Below, piece after piece: positions 20,248 through 30,537 of a stretch of 64,000 nucleotides of DNA. Position 1 is the stretch's first letter; each line of letters starts with the position of its first letter. Made by a program: the position numbers and the translations under genes. Under the pieces are notes generated by a model. It worked only from the letters and a program-made list of their open reading frames with translations. It did not search any database and was not told where the DNA came from. The stretch is from an uncultured virus (IMG/VR IMGVR_UViG_3300013121_000030) (lineage: Duplodnaviria > Heunggongvirae > Uroviricota > Caudoviricetes), in IMG/VR virus record IMGVR_UViG_3300013121_000030, positions 32,001 to 96,000 of that record; one strand, written 5' to 3'.

Positions 20248-21039
20248 ATGGCGAACCAAGACAGAAATGCGCAAAATGGAATCCAAGGTTCCAGCTACCT
20301 CTACGACTATGGGACGACCGCCAACACTCGCACCGCAGTCTCCCAGAAGGTACGGATCCTCACTCCCATGTATGGATCGAATGCCAACATCCTCCTTCAG
20401 ATCGGGGTTCTGAGTTCTTTCAGTCCATCTGAGTCCAAGAATGTTGAGCCTGTTCGGGGGATTGGCTTCGGAGACCAAATCGCCGAGTTGGTCCCAAGCG
20501 TCACAGAGCCCATGGCAGCAGATATGGAACGGGCCTTCCTGTACCTCTCAAACTTGTGGCAAGCCACAGGTTACGCTGGAGGCATTGATGGGCCTGTGCG
20601 GTCTCTGCGCCACCATCGGTGGCCCTTCGACATTGAAATGCAACTTGTGTTTTCAACCCTGTCTGATGCAGACCTTACAGGCCAGGGTGGGGTGGGGTAC
20701 ACAGGTCCCTCGGGTACCTTCACAGGAGGGACCAAAGAGATCGTCTACCCAGAGGTGACCAACGATCTTAGCGGTCGACCAGGAGCCCTTCGTGGACACT
20801 CGGCTATCATCACGCTCTATGAGGCGTGCTGGTTTACGAGCTACTCCATCTCGAACATCAACAAGGACTCAGGAATGCTCATGGAGACCGGAAACGTTAT
20901 GATTTCGGATGTCCACGACTTCAACTCAGAGTACGGGGAGTTCTTGGCAACCGGGAACGACCCTCTGGCAGGACAGCTTGGATCTGTTAGGTTCAACTTC
21001 GGCAGCCAGAAGGGCGGGACGCCCTTCATCAACGTCTAA
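20248..21039 (+). CDS. Tail tube protein
   Basis: Directly after the sheath; SD GGAGA; VRGIGFG...ELVPS, PFDI, YEACWFTSYS typical of myovirus tube proteins. Confidence 0.75.
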   Translation: MANQDRNAQNGIQGSSYLYDYGTTANTRTAVSQKVRILTPMYGSNANILLQIGVLSSFSPSESKNVEPVRGIGFGDQIAELVPSVTEPMAADMERAFLYLSNLWQATGYAGGIDGPVRSLRHHRWPFDIEMQLVFSTLSDADLTGQGGVGYTGPSGTFTGGTKEIVYPEVTNDLSGRPGALRGHSAIITLYEACWFTSYSISNINKDSGMLMETGNVMISDVHDFNSEYGEFLATGNDPLAGQLGSVRFNFGSQKGGTPFINV

Positions 21040-21054
21040 TCCTTGAGAAGGATG

Positions 21055-21090
21055 GAGGAGGATGCTTGGGAATTCCCAAGCATCCTCCTC
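21055..21090. terminator. 36-bp perfect palindrome between convergent genes, probable bidirectional terminator
   Basis: gaggaggatgcttgggaa/ttcccaagcatcctcctc. Confidence 0.65.
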
Positions 21091-21091
21091 T

Positions 21092-21424
21092 TCAATTGGG
21101 GAGGACCACAAGATTTGGCTTGCGAGTCTTCTCCTCCTCATGGAGGTCCTCATCCAGCTGGAGACTACGTTCGATGAACTCTGCGAAGACCCGTAGGAAA
21201 TCGAAGGTCGTAGCATCCATAGTATCCTCGCGGACAGAAGATAGAGAACGGGTGGGATAGTAACGTACATAGGAAGTTACCGTGGAGGGAATTCCCTTGT
21301 ACGTCACGGTGGTGGGAGAGAGGGCATAGAAGACCCCATCTACTTCATAGATGAACCCTCGGTTTTCGTCCCAAAACCACCCAGCAAGCTCTTCTGCGAT
21401 TTCGTCGTGCTCGATTCTGCGCAT
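21092..21424 (-). CDS. Hypothetical protein
   Basis: 110-aa ORF preceded by GAGGTGA SD; ends at the palindrome. Confidence 0.55.
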   Translation of the reverse strand: MRRIEHDEIAEELAGWFWDENRGFIYEVDGVFYALSPTTVTYKGIPSTVTSYVRYYPTRSLSSVREDTMDATTFDFLRVFAEFIERSLQLDEDLHEEEKTRKPNLVVLPN

Positions 21425-21471
21425 TCAGGTATCACCTCGCGTCCCTGATACCCTCCCGAGTATCAGGTAGC

Positions 21472-22083
21472 ATGAGCCGCGAGAATCCCCCATGCTTTGG
21501 GAACTTTGATGTTGTAGAACCCTGCAAAGAGTGCCTTCTGTGGTCTTCTTGCTTGACAGACACACTCCCACGGAGGGAGCATCTTGTTCGCGCGGAGCTA
21601 TTCCGCACACTTCCAGAAGTGGTGACAGGAGTTGCAACGATCCGTGTTGGGAAGCAAGATAGGGAAACGCTTCCGATTATGTTTCACCGGGTTTCGGTGG
21701 AGATGGACCCCAAGAGAAAGAAGCATCAAGCTGCTTATCTTTCGGAGGCGTTGTCACCCTCCTCTTTGACCCTTGATGTAGGTTCTGTCTCAAAGGCTGT
21801 TTGGAAAACAAATTTCCAGAGTCGACGGATCAATTACTTTGTGAACGTCGCGCCACGTTCGGTCGTAGAGTTTGCATGGAGCATCCGAGAGAAGCTCTTC
21901 CCAAACCTCTTCTCAGCCCAATCTCGCTATGAGATCAACATTTTCAAGGACCCCAAGACAGGTTCAGGGTGCCTCGTGAAGTATATGCCTCACGAGGCAC
22001 AGATTCAGGACATCCCTGAAGACCCCACGAGTGATTGGGATGAGGTCCCCATAAGGCTTCTCTTGGCCCTCAAGGAAGTTTGA
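21472..22083 (+). CDS. Hypothetical protein with an N-terminal Cys cluster
   Basis: PPCFG...CKECLLWSSC. Confidence 0.55.
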   Translation: MSRENPPCFGNFDVVEPCKECLLWSSCLTDTLPRREHLVRAELFRTLPEVVTGVATIRVGKQDRETLPIMFHRVSVEMDPKRKKHQAAYLSEALSPSSLTLDVGSVSKAVWKTNFQSRRINYFVNVAPRSVVEFAWSIREKLFPNLFSAQSRYEINIFKDPKTGSGCLVKYMPHEAQIQDIPEDPTSDWDEVPIRLLLALKEV

Positions 22084-22086
22084 TCT

Positions 22087-22842
22087 TCAGGATTTCCCCT
22101 TCATGGCATCCTTGGCTCCACCGATCCATTCCTCTTCCTCGACTCTCTTCGAGAAGTCATTGATGATGACTTCCGCCTGATCTTCTGGCACATCTGAGGC
22201 GATCATAGCTTCTTGGAAGGTGCGGACGATAAACTCGAACAACCGCAGGAAGGGAACCCCTTGGAGATCAATCGCCTTATTGGCGTTGATCTCATTGCGT
22301 TTGATCCATGTCTGGGCTAGTGCCTGAAGAGCTTTCAGGCGCCTCAACGAAAACTGGCTAGCATCCTTTGATCGGCCTTCTGACTCAGCTCGCATTCTCT
22401 CATAGGAGAGAGAAGACGACTCCAAGGCAAATTCCTTGATTGTGATCGCCAGGATGGATTCCGAATCCGGGTTGGTGAGTGCCGCCTGGAGAAGTCGATC
22501 CTGGGCGTAGAATTTCTTGCGCCGAGAGGATGCTTTGTTTCCAGACACAGCTTGGACGATTGTGTCCTTGGACCCTCCTGGATTCTCAACACTTCCCAAG
22601 TGGTGTTTGTACCCCAAGGGTTTTCCGGGGTGGTTGGCCATCGTAACCGCAGCTCCCTTCCGGAACACCACCATGTCCTTGGGCTCTACAGAATCCACCC
22701 TCTTCCATCGATTTTTGCCCGTCTCTCCATCTACAACAGCAATTCGGGCGATACCCTCGGGGATGGTGTCCAAGACCTCACGAGTCGCAGGCCTCAACTC
22801 AATGTCGTCAGCGGGGTCTGGTTTTTGGGGGATATTGACCAT
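22087..22842 (-). CDS. Hypothetical protein, candidate terminase small subunit
   Basis: Divergent from terL; helical C-terminal half; TAGAGT 6 nt upstream of the ATG; function inferred from position only. Confidence 0.4.
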   Translation of the reverse strand: MVNIPQKPDPADDIELRPATREVLDTIPEGIARIAVVDGETGKNRWKRVDSVEPKDMVVFRKGAAVTMANHPGKPLGYKHHLGSVENPGGSKDTIVQAVSGNKASSRRKKFYAQDRLLQAALTNPDSESILAITIKEFALESSSLSYERMRAESEGRSKDASQFSLRRLKALQALAQTWIKRNEINANKAIDLQGVPFLRLFEFIVRTFQEAMIASDVPEDQAEVIINDFSKRVEEEEWIGGAKDAMKGKS

Positions 22843-22913
22843 ATCGATACTCTACACATGGATTTTGTGCGTGTTGCGCGCTGGCTTGCCCTGGGTTTGG
22901 TATTTATGGGGAG

Positions 22914-24869
22914 ATGGGACGAAAAAATGAAGGTAATGGTCTAGCTCTCTCCCGAATTGCTCTCAAGGCGAGTCGCAAGTCTGAGGTGGCCCCACAGGCA
23001 CCGCCTATGAGCAGCTCCTCGGCCCCCGAAATCCCCCAGCTGGGGAAGATGGACATCATCGAGTTCGTGGAGTCGGCTTGGGGACTGGGTGTGAAGTTGT
23101 TCCCCGTGCAGAGGGTTGTATTGAAGGCCCACTACGGGATCCCGCTGGACGACACTCTCAAATTTGAGATAACTGACTGGAGACGTGAGAACAAGAGGTA
23201 CTTCACAGAGAAGACCTACTTGGAATATCTGTTCGACACAGGGCGAAGCAACATTCGGGAGGTCGTCCCAGGGAAAGAGCTGCGCAACATGGTGTTGGCG
23301 TTTGGCCGGAGGTCTGGAAAGACCTCAATCAGCGCTTGCATTGTGGCCTATGAGGTTTATCGTCTTATCCACACCTACAATCCTCAAAAGTATTACGGGG
23401 TGGTCCCTACCAACCCCATCAACCTAATCTCGATCGCTACTTCCAAGGACCAGGCTGGTCACTTGTTCCAGGAGGCATCCGGGCACTTTGCCAAGTGTGG
23501 GTTTTTCAAGCGCTACATGGCCCGCGATACTATGACGGCGATTTGGTTCCAGAGCCCCGCGGAAATCGAAAAGTATGGGATGTACTCGGACAATCCCAGG
23601 GCACGGGCTACTATTCGGGTGAAATTTGAGCCCTGCAACGCCAAGGGTCTTCGTGGCGCTGGTAACTACGTGGTCATCCTGGACGAGGTGGCCCACTTCG
23701 TGGAAGTTGGTTCCAAATCGGCTGAGGATGTGTTCAATGCCGTATATCCGTCCACGGCAGCGTACTCCCCCAAGGACGAGAACAAAAAGGCGCTCAGGGA
23801 CCAGTCGGACGCCCGAGTCATTATGATCTCTAGCCCATTGGGAAAAAAGGGTCTCTTCTGGGACCACTTCCGCCGGGGGATGGAGGGGGCGGACAACATG
23901 CTCTGCATTCAAGCTCCAACGTGGGAGGTAAACCCAACGGTCGCGGCAGGGGTGTTTATTGATGCGCACTCCGTGGACCCACGCCAGTTCGATGTGGAGT
24001 ACGGCGCGGAGTTCTCGGAGCGGACCCTCGGATTCTTTGAAGAGGCCAAGGATGTTACAGACTGCATCGACCCGACCTTGCGGCCCAAGCTTCTTGGTGT
24101 TTCAGGTCGCCGCTACTTTATGGGCTTCGACTTGGGCCTCGTCGTGGACGCCTCAGCCATGGCGATTGTTCATTTGGAGGACGGCCGCATTGTGACGGAC
24201 TTCGTGGACCAGATCAAGGCAGGGGAAGGGGAATACCGAGATCGCAAACGCCTTGAGTTTGATGATGTGGCGGACTGGATCCACGAGCAGAGCCGAAAGT
24301 TTGCGATTGTGGAGGGGATTTTCGACCAGTGGGGAGGCATTCCTTTGGAGCAGGCTCTTGTCAAGAAGGGGCTCACCCAGATCAAGACGGAGCATATGAC
24401 TGGGCAGAGAAACTCTGAGATCTACCAAAATCTCAAAGCCATGATCTTCGATCGTCGACTGGTGCTTTTTGACCTCAACGAAGAGGACAGGCGTCGTCAT
24501 CATCAGGAGACGGGCAAGCCTGCTCCCGAACATGCTCCCTACATCATGCAGCTTTTGGGACTTCAGGCGGAGTACAAATCGAAGTACGTTATCAACGTTG
24601 AGGCCCCCAAGGGTCAAGGGAAACATGACGATTTGGCAGACGCCTTGGCACGGGCTGTGTGGTTGGCTTCTCAGGCGATGGGGAAGGCATCGTACATTGC
24701 AGGGGCACGGTCTTCAACGCCAATCTCGAATGGCTATACGCCGAACCATATGGACATGGTAAAGGCACGCCTCCAAGGCCGATTGGGGGGGTCCCATCCC
24801 ATGAGGATGAATCCAACCCGAAACCCTGGGCTCTTCAATCTCTATGTCAAAAAGTATTCTTCCAAGTGA
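22914..24869 (+). CDS. terL: Terminase large subunit
   Basis: LFPVQ, Walker A GRRSGKT, Walker B VILDE, coupling motif ISSP, RNase H-like nuclease GFDLG and HDDLADA. Confidence 0.92.
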   Translation: MGRKNEGNGLALSRIALKASRKSEVAPQAPPMSSSSAPEIPQLGKMDIIEFVESAWGLGVKLFPVQRVVLKAHYGIPLDDTLKFEITDWRRENKRYFTEKTYLEYLFDTGRSNIREVVPGKELRNMVLAFGRRSGKTSISACIVAYEVYRLIHTYNPQKYYGVVPTNPINLISIATSKDQAGHLFQEASGHFAKCGFFKRYMARDTMTAIWFQSPAEIEKYGMYSDNPRARATIRVKFEPCNAKGLRGAGNYVVILDEVAHFVEVGSKSAEDVFNAVYPSTAAYSPKDENKKALRDQSDARVIMISSPLGKKGLFWDHFRRGMEGADNMLCIQAPTWEVNPTVAAGVFIDAHSVDPRQFDVEYGAEFSERTLGFFEEAKDVTDCIDPTLRPKLLGVSGRRYFMGFDLGLVVDASAMAIVHLEDGRIVTDFVDQIKAGEGEYRDRKRLEFDDVADWIHEQSRKFAIVEGIFDQWGGIPLEQALVKKGLTQIKTEHMTGQRNSEIYQNLKAMIFDRRLVLFDLNEEDRRRHHQETGKPAPEHAPYIMQLLGLQAEYKSKYVINVEAPKGQGKHDDLADALARAVWLASQAMGKASYIAGARSSTPISNGYTPNHMDMVKARLQGRLGGSHPMRMNPTRNPGLFNLYVKKYSSK

Positions 24870-25092
24870 TCCTTCTCGTGCAGACCACCGCATGATCCTG
24901 TATCTCACAAAGGGGAATGGGGTTCATGTGTCCCCCTCAGCGTGTGAGGTCGTAAGTAAGGTATTCCGAAAGGCCGGAGGGTCCTGGAAGAGGATCTTCC
25001 TGGGATCCACCGCAGATCTCAAGCTCCTCCGGCGCGTGATCAAAGTGGCCATTAAGGCCAAGGTGCTACCCAAAGAAGAAAAGTGGCCATGA
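24844..25092 (+). CDS. Small basic hypothetical protein
   Basis: ORF bridging terL and the next gene with overlaps. Confidence 0.4.
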   Translation: MSKSILPSDPSRADHRMILYLTKGNGVHVSPSACEVVSKVFRKAGGSWKRIFLGSTADLKLLRRVIKVAIKAKVLPKEEKWP

Positions 25093-25526
25093 TCTCACCT
25101 ACCCTTGAACGAATTTCGGTTCCCTATAGAGAGGCCGTTGACCGAATAAATCGGGAGTTTGGGGCTGAGCTTGCCTCAAAGAGAACCAGGGTAGAGGACC
25201 TCCTGGGCTCTGTTGATGAGCAAGAACTTCGACGAGCCCTTGAGAAAGTGGGGATAGATGGTCATCGCCAACGTCTATTCCAGTTAGCTTTTCGACTTCG
25301 GTCGGAGGCTCTGAATCGTCAAAAATTGGCATCCGTCGTGGGTTCTGTGAACCCCCACCTGAGGACTGTCAGTCATACCCTTGAGTCCATCCTCCGAGAG
25401 GTTTCTGCGGTATCTGTCCCACCAGGGACAGTCGAAAGCCAAAAGAAGAAAAAGATCCTGCGTCACCTCCAGGGGATGATGGACGGATGCAGAGCCCTAA
25501 AGAAGGAAGTCCATGGCGCAGTCTAA
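25083..25526 (+). CDS. Hypothetical helical protein
   Basis: Overlaps its neighbours in the head operon. Confidence 0.55.
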   Translation: MAMISPTLERISVPYREAVDRINREFGAELASKRTRVEDLLGSVDEQELRRALEKVGIDGHRQRLFQLAFRLRSEALNRQKLASVVGSVNPHLRTVSHTLESILREVSAVSVPPGTVESQKKKKILRHLQGMMDGCRALKKEVHGAV

Positions 25527-27378
25527 AAAAAGAACGCAGAGGCGCTCGCCTGTTGTTGCTGGTGGCCAAACACCTGCATCGAAGTCTTCCAACGAAGATA
25601 TGAGGGTCGTCGCTGAGGTGCCGCCAAAAAAGAGGGACCTGTATATTGGTGTCCCCACGTTTGCCCCTCGGCCCCCCACCCGAAAGATCGCAACTCTCCG
25701 AGAGAAAGTTGCAGCTTCTTGTGGGCCAGGAACAGGATCTTTTGGTGGAACCGGGGGAGTTTCTGTTGGAGGAGGCGGCGGTGGTTATGGTGGAGGATAT
25801 GGGAATCTAGGTGGGACAGTCACTCAGTCGAGTGGGGGGAATTTTTATTCTCCAGAGCTTTCCACGGACTTCCTTCAGCTTCCACAGAGCCTAATTGAGC
25901 AGTGGAACTTCTACCGATTCTTTTACTACAACCACCCATTGGTGGGGAGGGCACTGGATACGCATGTCCAGCTCCCACTTTCCAAGATCCGCCTGAGCCG
26001 TCCTGTCTGCAAGAACAAGGAATTGGGGGAAGAAGCTCTCCGGTTTTGTTTGAAGTGGGTGCGCAAGGTTGAGCTTTCTGAACGTCTCGCGGAAATTGTC
26101 TTCAATTTCTTCCTGATTGGGGAGGTCTTCATCTTCTGCGAAGACACCAACCCTGAGATGCCCGAGGAAGTCTCAAAGAGGGTGGTGACGAAGGTTCAGG
26201 AGGATGGGACCGTTACCTCCGAGTGGGAGGAGTACCCAAACGCGGATGATAGGATAACTTCGTGGATGAGGAAGAACTACAAGGGATGGACCAAGATCAG
26301 AGTGCTCCCTCCCGAACAAGTCCACATTGAGACCTTCCCGTTCACGGATGAAGTTTTGATTGAGATCATCCCTGACGCGAAGACCAAGTTCCTCATCGAA
26401 CAGGCCGACTCAGGGGACCCTAACGCGATTAGGGTTATGGAATCCATGGATGATTCGGTGATTGCGGCGGTTCGGGGAGGGAAGAATATTTCCCTGAACA
26501 CAGACCCCAACGCAGGTTCGTTTGTCTACTACATGAGCAACAAGCCCTCCCAGTATGAGCCTCGGGGGCACAGCATTCTTCAGCGGTGTCTTAGGACACT
26601 TGTCTATTCAGACATGCTCCGACAAGCCCAAAATCAGATTGCTTCTCGGCACATGACACCTGTGCGTCTGGTTTATGCGGAGGACATGAACGAGCAGCAA
26701 GTGGAGGAACTCAGATTCCAAGTTGACTTGGCGCTCCAAGACCCTGACTACTCCATCGTCACTAACTTCCAGGTTACATGGGAGGAGATGAACTCCAATG
26801 GTCGCCTCCTCGAACTTTCGGGAGAGTACGACATCATTGCTCGGGAGCTGTACGCTGGTTTAGGGGTCACAGAGTCCCTCCTCTCAGGGGAATCCTCCTA
26901 CGCGGGGGACCGAATCAACCTGGAGGTTTTGAATACCAGGTACATGGCCTTGCGGGACAAGGTTCAGAGCCTCGTGGAAAAGCACTTCCTGGAGCCCATG
27001 TGTAGGCGCATGGGGTTTGTGGAGGAGGACGAGGACGGGGACTTGGTGACTGTATTTCCCAGGTTCTCGTTCACACGGCTGGCCTTGCGGGACCACCAAG
27101 AGATTTTCGATGCCCTCATGCAGCTCTACAACAAGGGATCCTTGGATGTTGAGACCATCTATGAGGTCCTGAACCTGGACACCCAGACCATCAATGAGCG
27201 CCTCCAACGCGATTTTGGCTCTCTGGCAGATGCTTCATTCAATGATCTGGTTCGTGGTCTCTACGGTGAAGTGGGTCGTGCCTTGGCAGAGAGGACAGAC
27301 TTCACCAAGAAAGTGGCCGCACTTTTGAACCTCAAGTACACAGAGCCACCTCCTGAGGGAGGCGACAGGTTCGGGTGA
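25513..27378 (+). CDS. Portal protein
   Basis: Follows terL; FFYYNHPLVGRALD, YEPRGHSILQRC, LYAGLGVTESLLSG helical portal-like motifs; basic and Gly-rich N-terminus. Confidence 0.8.
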   Translation: MAQSKKRTQRRSPVVAGGQTPASKSSNEDMRVVAEVPPKKRDLYIGVPTFAPRPPTRKIATLREKVAASCGPGTGSFGGTGGVSVGGGGGGYGGGYGNLGGTVTQSSGGNFYSPELSTDFLQLPQSLIEQWNFYRFFYYNHPLVGRALDTHVQLPLSKIRLSRPVCKNKELGEEALRFCLKWVRKVELSERLAEIVFNFFLIGEVFIFCEDTNPEMPEEVSKRVVTKVQEDGTVTSEWEEYPNADDRITSWMRKNYKGWTKIRVLPPEQVHIETFPFTDEVLIEIIPDAKTKFLIEQADSGDPNAIRVMESMDDSVIAAVRGGKNISLNTDPNAGSFVYYMSNKPSQYEPRGHSILQRCLRTLVYSDMLRQAQNQIASRHMTPVRLVYAEDMNEQQVEELRFQVDLALQDPDYSIVTNFQVTWEEMNSNGRLLELSGEYDIIARELYAGLGVTESLLSGESSYAGDRINLEVLNTRYMALRDKVQSLVEKHFLEPMCRRMGFVEEDEDGDLVTVFPRFSFTRLALRDHQEIFDALMQLYNKGSLDVETIYEVLNLDTQTINERLQRDFGSLADASFNDLVRGLYGEVGRALAERTDFTKKVAALLNLKYTEPPPEGGDRFG

Positions 27379-27410
27379 AGCCTTGATATCTTGGACTCAT
27401 CGAGGACGCA

Positions 27411-28307
27411 ATGATTACCATTGACAGCGACTTCGAGCCTATCCCCTACGAAGATGGGTCTTTGGCAGCACCAGGAGATGCCGTCAACTATCGTCTAGGG
27501 CTGGAGGAAATCCCAGGATGGTTGGCGTTGGACCCCAAGTCCAATGTCTTCTGGACGGGTGACTTTGGTATTCGATACCAAGGCCGACGATTTGTTTTTG
27601 TAGGGGAAGAGAAGGAGTCAGGGGAGATCCCGCCGATCTACACCCTCGTCCGAGGCAAAGTGTCTCCCCGACCCGCCAAGAAGCCTCCCAAGGAGTGGAT
27701 TGGCTCAGATGGGTTCCTGACTTCAGAACTGTATACCGCCCAAATGCTGGTAAGCAAGACCGCGGCCAAGTATGTGAAGACTGCCAAGATCCATGGGGTG
27801 AAGCGTGGGGATGGGTCATCGGTCGGACTTTTCATCCCTCTCCCGCGTCGCCTCGCTCGCAAATTTCCAAGTCTCCACCCAGAAGACTCCTCTCCCTCTC
27901 ATGTGACTCTTATGTTTCTGGGGGAAATCAAGGATCCCGCAGAACAAAAGAGACTCGTCCAGACTCTTCAGAAGGAGATGGGATCCTGGTGGGACGATGC
28001 CACGGCAACACTCGGGCCCATGGGGATCTTTGAGAATGACGGGAACACAATTCCACATGCAAAAGTAGATTTTGACAGGGACTTTCGTGGACTCCGCTCA
28101 AAACTGAAAGTGGTTTTGGAATCGGCAGGTTTCCCGGTGGACTCCACACATGCGGATTACAAGCCGCATGTGACCATGGGATATTTTCCCAGCGGGGAGT
28201 GGGACCAGGATAAGGTTCGAGTTCCCACGGGGACATGGACTTTCGATTGCTTTGAGGTCTGGGGCCTTCCCAAGGTGTACCGGATCCCCTTCAATGGGGG
28301 CGCATGA
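27411..28307 (+). CDS. 2H phosphoesterase (2'-5' RNA ligase/Acb1-like) domain protein
   Basis: Two HxT motifs, SHVTLMFLG and KPHVTMGY; SD GAGGA. Confidence 0.85.
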   Translation: MITIDSDFEPIPYEDGSLAAPGDAVNYRLGLEEIPGWLALDPKSNVFWTGDFGIRYQGRRFVFVGEEKESGEIPPIYTLVRGKVSPRPAKKPPKEWIGSDGFLTSELYTAQMLVSKTAAKYVKTAKIHGVKRGDGSSVGLFIPLPRRLARKFPSLHPEDSSPSHVTLMFLGEIKDPAEQKRLVQTLQKEMGSWWDDATATLGPMGIFENDGNTIPHAKVDFDRDFRGLRSKLKVVLESAGFPVDSTHADYKPHVTMGYFPSGEWDQDKVRVPTGTWTFDCFEVWGLPKVYRIPFNGGA

Positions 28308-28308
28308 G

Positions 28309-30507
28309 ATGAGACTCCGGCAGGCTACAAAGAGCAAGTCCGAGTGGGAAGACGAAAAGATCCAGGAGGTCCACGGGAAGCCCCTCCCGCGGAAGAAGCC
28401 CCCTCGCCAAGACTTGCGGACTCATTCCAACGACACGGAATACGAGGATCGAAACGAAAAAGAGCGGGAATACCGTCGAAGTCGACGTGCAGCAGACCAT
28501 AAGCCAGGAGATGTTTGGCGGACGGAGTCTGGTTGGCGAGGAATGAATGAGGATGGGGACTCCAAGACCTATCCTGGGAAGGATAGTGCTGAGGAGTTCG
28601 CACGAGGGTCTGTGGAAGAGCTTGGGGAGGAGGATATCCTTCCTGAGGACGACACGGAGACTCCAGAAGACGAAGGGTTGGAGGAGGTTTCGGAGGAGGA
28701 TCTGGACCAAGATATTGAGAAGAAACGGAAAGCTGAGTCACGAACAAGGGAGCAGCTCGCACGGACTATGGAGAGGGCTCGGTCTGTCCTCCACAGTGTC
28801 CTTGGTTCCGCCAAGACAGACCTCCCGAAGGGGATTGAGGAATCTCTTTCCAAGGCAGTGTCATCCTTCAAAGGGAAGGACTTCAGGTCCCTCCTCCGAA
28901 CTTTTGAGTCAAAGATCAGAACGTATTCTTCTCAGAATGCTTTCTCCAGTTGGGCACGAGATCAGGCTAACCACATCGTAAGCTTCAAGAATTGGGCTGA
29001 GGTGGAGTCCCCCCAAGCCATGGGTCAGAAATTGGCTCAAATGGCAATCGCATTTAATGTTGTCGCCAACCCCAAAATCCTTGGTGGAAAGCCGATCTCA
29101 TCGAAACCCAAGACTCCCCAAGAACTCGGGGATCGAACACAGGAGGCCTACTCTCACTACAGCAAGCTCGACCCAACGTTGATTGAGCATGCAGCTTCGC
29201 AGATTGAGGAGGAACTCAAAGGACTGGAAGAAGGATCCCCACGAGCGCAGGAACTCAACGCCATACTGACCGGAATCGCCCTCGCCAACATTGTAAAGAC
29301 GGGGAAATCTGTTGCGGGCAGACCTGAACCGAGTGCAGGAGCAGTGGCCCTTGTGAAGAAGATGTCAGACCTGGGACAGGTGGATTTGCTGTTCCGGCCT
29401 GTGGAAGACTTTTTCGCTACAGATAGCAGGGATGATATCAAGAGGGCCTTGTCCCTTCTTGAGCCAAAGGAACTGATCGAGGTAACGATGGGTGGAGACA
29501 GTGATCATCCCTATCGCGCCTTGGGTGACAAGCTCCTCAAGGGTGAAATACCGGAACCCTTTGATGCAGGAGTTCGGGAGTTTTTGGAAGAGGAGTTCAT
29601 GTTAAGCATGTCCTGGAAGGATCGGGCATTCCGAGATGCTCTTGAGTCCACAGGACGAAAAGTAGACGCTGAGACACGGGGGCGGGAGTTGGGGGCGGCA
29701 ATCAAGGTGCCCGCGCCAGAGATCGAGGATTTCCTGGATGCGGTGGACAAGGTGGCCGCAGAGGAGCCCTTGAGTCGTGAAGAGGATGTGGCCATCCGTA
29801 ATTATGATGCATCCAAGGGTGCAAGTTTGCTCCGGGGGAGTGCCAAGCAGTTCGTCAAATGGGTTTCCCAAGCCTTCTCAAAGCCCATACAGGGCTCGGC
29901 TCTTCCCGTGATGAAGAAGTTTGTGGAGACTGGGGACAAGGAGTGGCTCACACGACCCGCTGTTCCGCACCCAGACCGCCCCCCTGTGGCCAAGAAAGCC
30001 TCTTTACACTTTTCCACCTATAGATCCCAAGGTAATCGAAGAATCACGGATTCTATACCCCCGAGGAAAATCATGGCAAAGAAAATCGAGAAGAAGGCCG
30101 CCCTCATCGTCACCGATCTGATGGATCGAGTTGCGAACCTCCTGGAGTACAACCGTGCATCGCTGGGTGTTCCTTCGCATGTTGTGAAGGACCTTGCAGG
30201 TCGGTTGGATGCGGTTTCTGACCATATCAATCGCCGTTCCGGAACTCTGAAGCAGGTCCAATCGCGCACTGCACAGATCAACTCATCTCCTTACGATTTT
30301 GATGAGAATTTCACGGAGACAGACCTGGCTCCGGGGAATTTTGACCCATCTGAGATCGGGGAGATGTATGATGGGGCGTTTCTTCGAGACGAAGATGAGC
30401 CCTACGTTGACTGCATTGGCGAGCAGGATGAGTTTTACCAACTGGGCAGGGTTCAGGAGAATGGTCTCTTCTCCAATGCCAAGACTGCCGCCCGTCGTCG
30501 TAGGTAA
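28309..30507 (+). CDS. Large head-cluster protein, probably with an internal in-frame gene from 30073
   Basis: Acidic N-terminal part, HKPGDVWRT module, helical core; internal GAGGA-ATG at 30073. Confidence 0.6.
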   Translation: MRLRQATKSKSEWEDEKIQEVHGKPLPRKKPPRQDLRTHSNDTEYEDRNEKEREYRRSRRAADHKPGDVWRTESGWRGMNEDGDSKTYPGKDSAEEFARGSVEELGEEDILPEDDTETPEDEGLEEVSEEDLDQDIEKKRKAESRTREQLARTMERARSVLHSVLGSAKTDLPKGIEESLSKAVSSFKGKDFRSLLRTFESKIRTYSSQNAFSSWARDQANHIVSFKNWAEVESPQAMGQKLAQMAIAFNVVANPKILGGKPISSKPKTPQELGDRTQEAYSHYSKLDPTLIEHAASQIEEELKGLEEGSPRAQELNAILTGIALANIVKTGKSVAGRPEPSAGAVALVKKMSDLGQVDLLFRPVEDFFATDSRDDIKRALSLLEPKELIEVTMGGDSDHPYRALGDKLLKGEIPEPFDAGVREFLEEEFMLSMSWKDRAFRDALESTGRKVDAETRGRELGAAIKVPAPEIEDFLDAVDKVAAEEPLSREEDVAIRNYDASKGASLLRGSAKQFVKWVSQAFSKPIQGSALPVMKKFVETGDKEWLTRPAVPHPDRPPVAKKASLHFSTYRSQGNRRITDSIPPRKIMAKKIEKKAALIVTDLMDRVANLLEYNRASLGVPSHVVKDLAGRLDAVSDHINRRSGTLKQVQSRTAQINSSPYDFDENFTETDLAPGNFDPSEIGEMYDGAFLRDEDEPYVDCIGEQDEFYQLGRVQENGLFSNAKTAARRRR

Positions 30508-30537
30508 TCAATCACCCCACACACGGGGAGGCGAACC

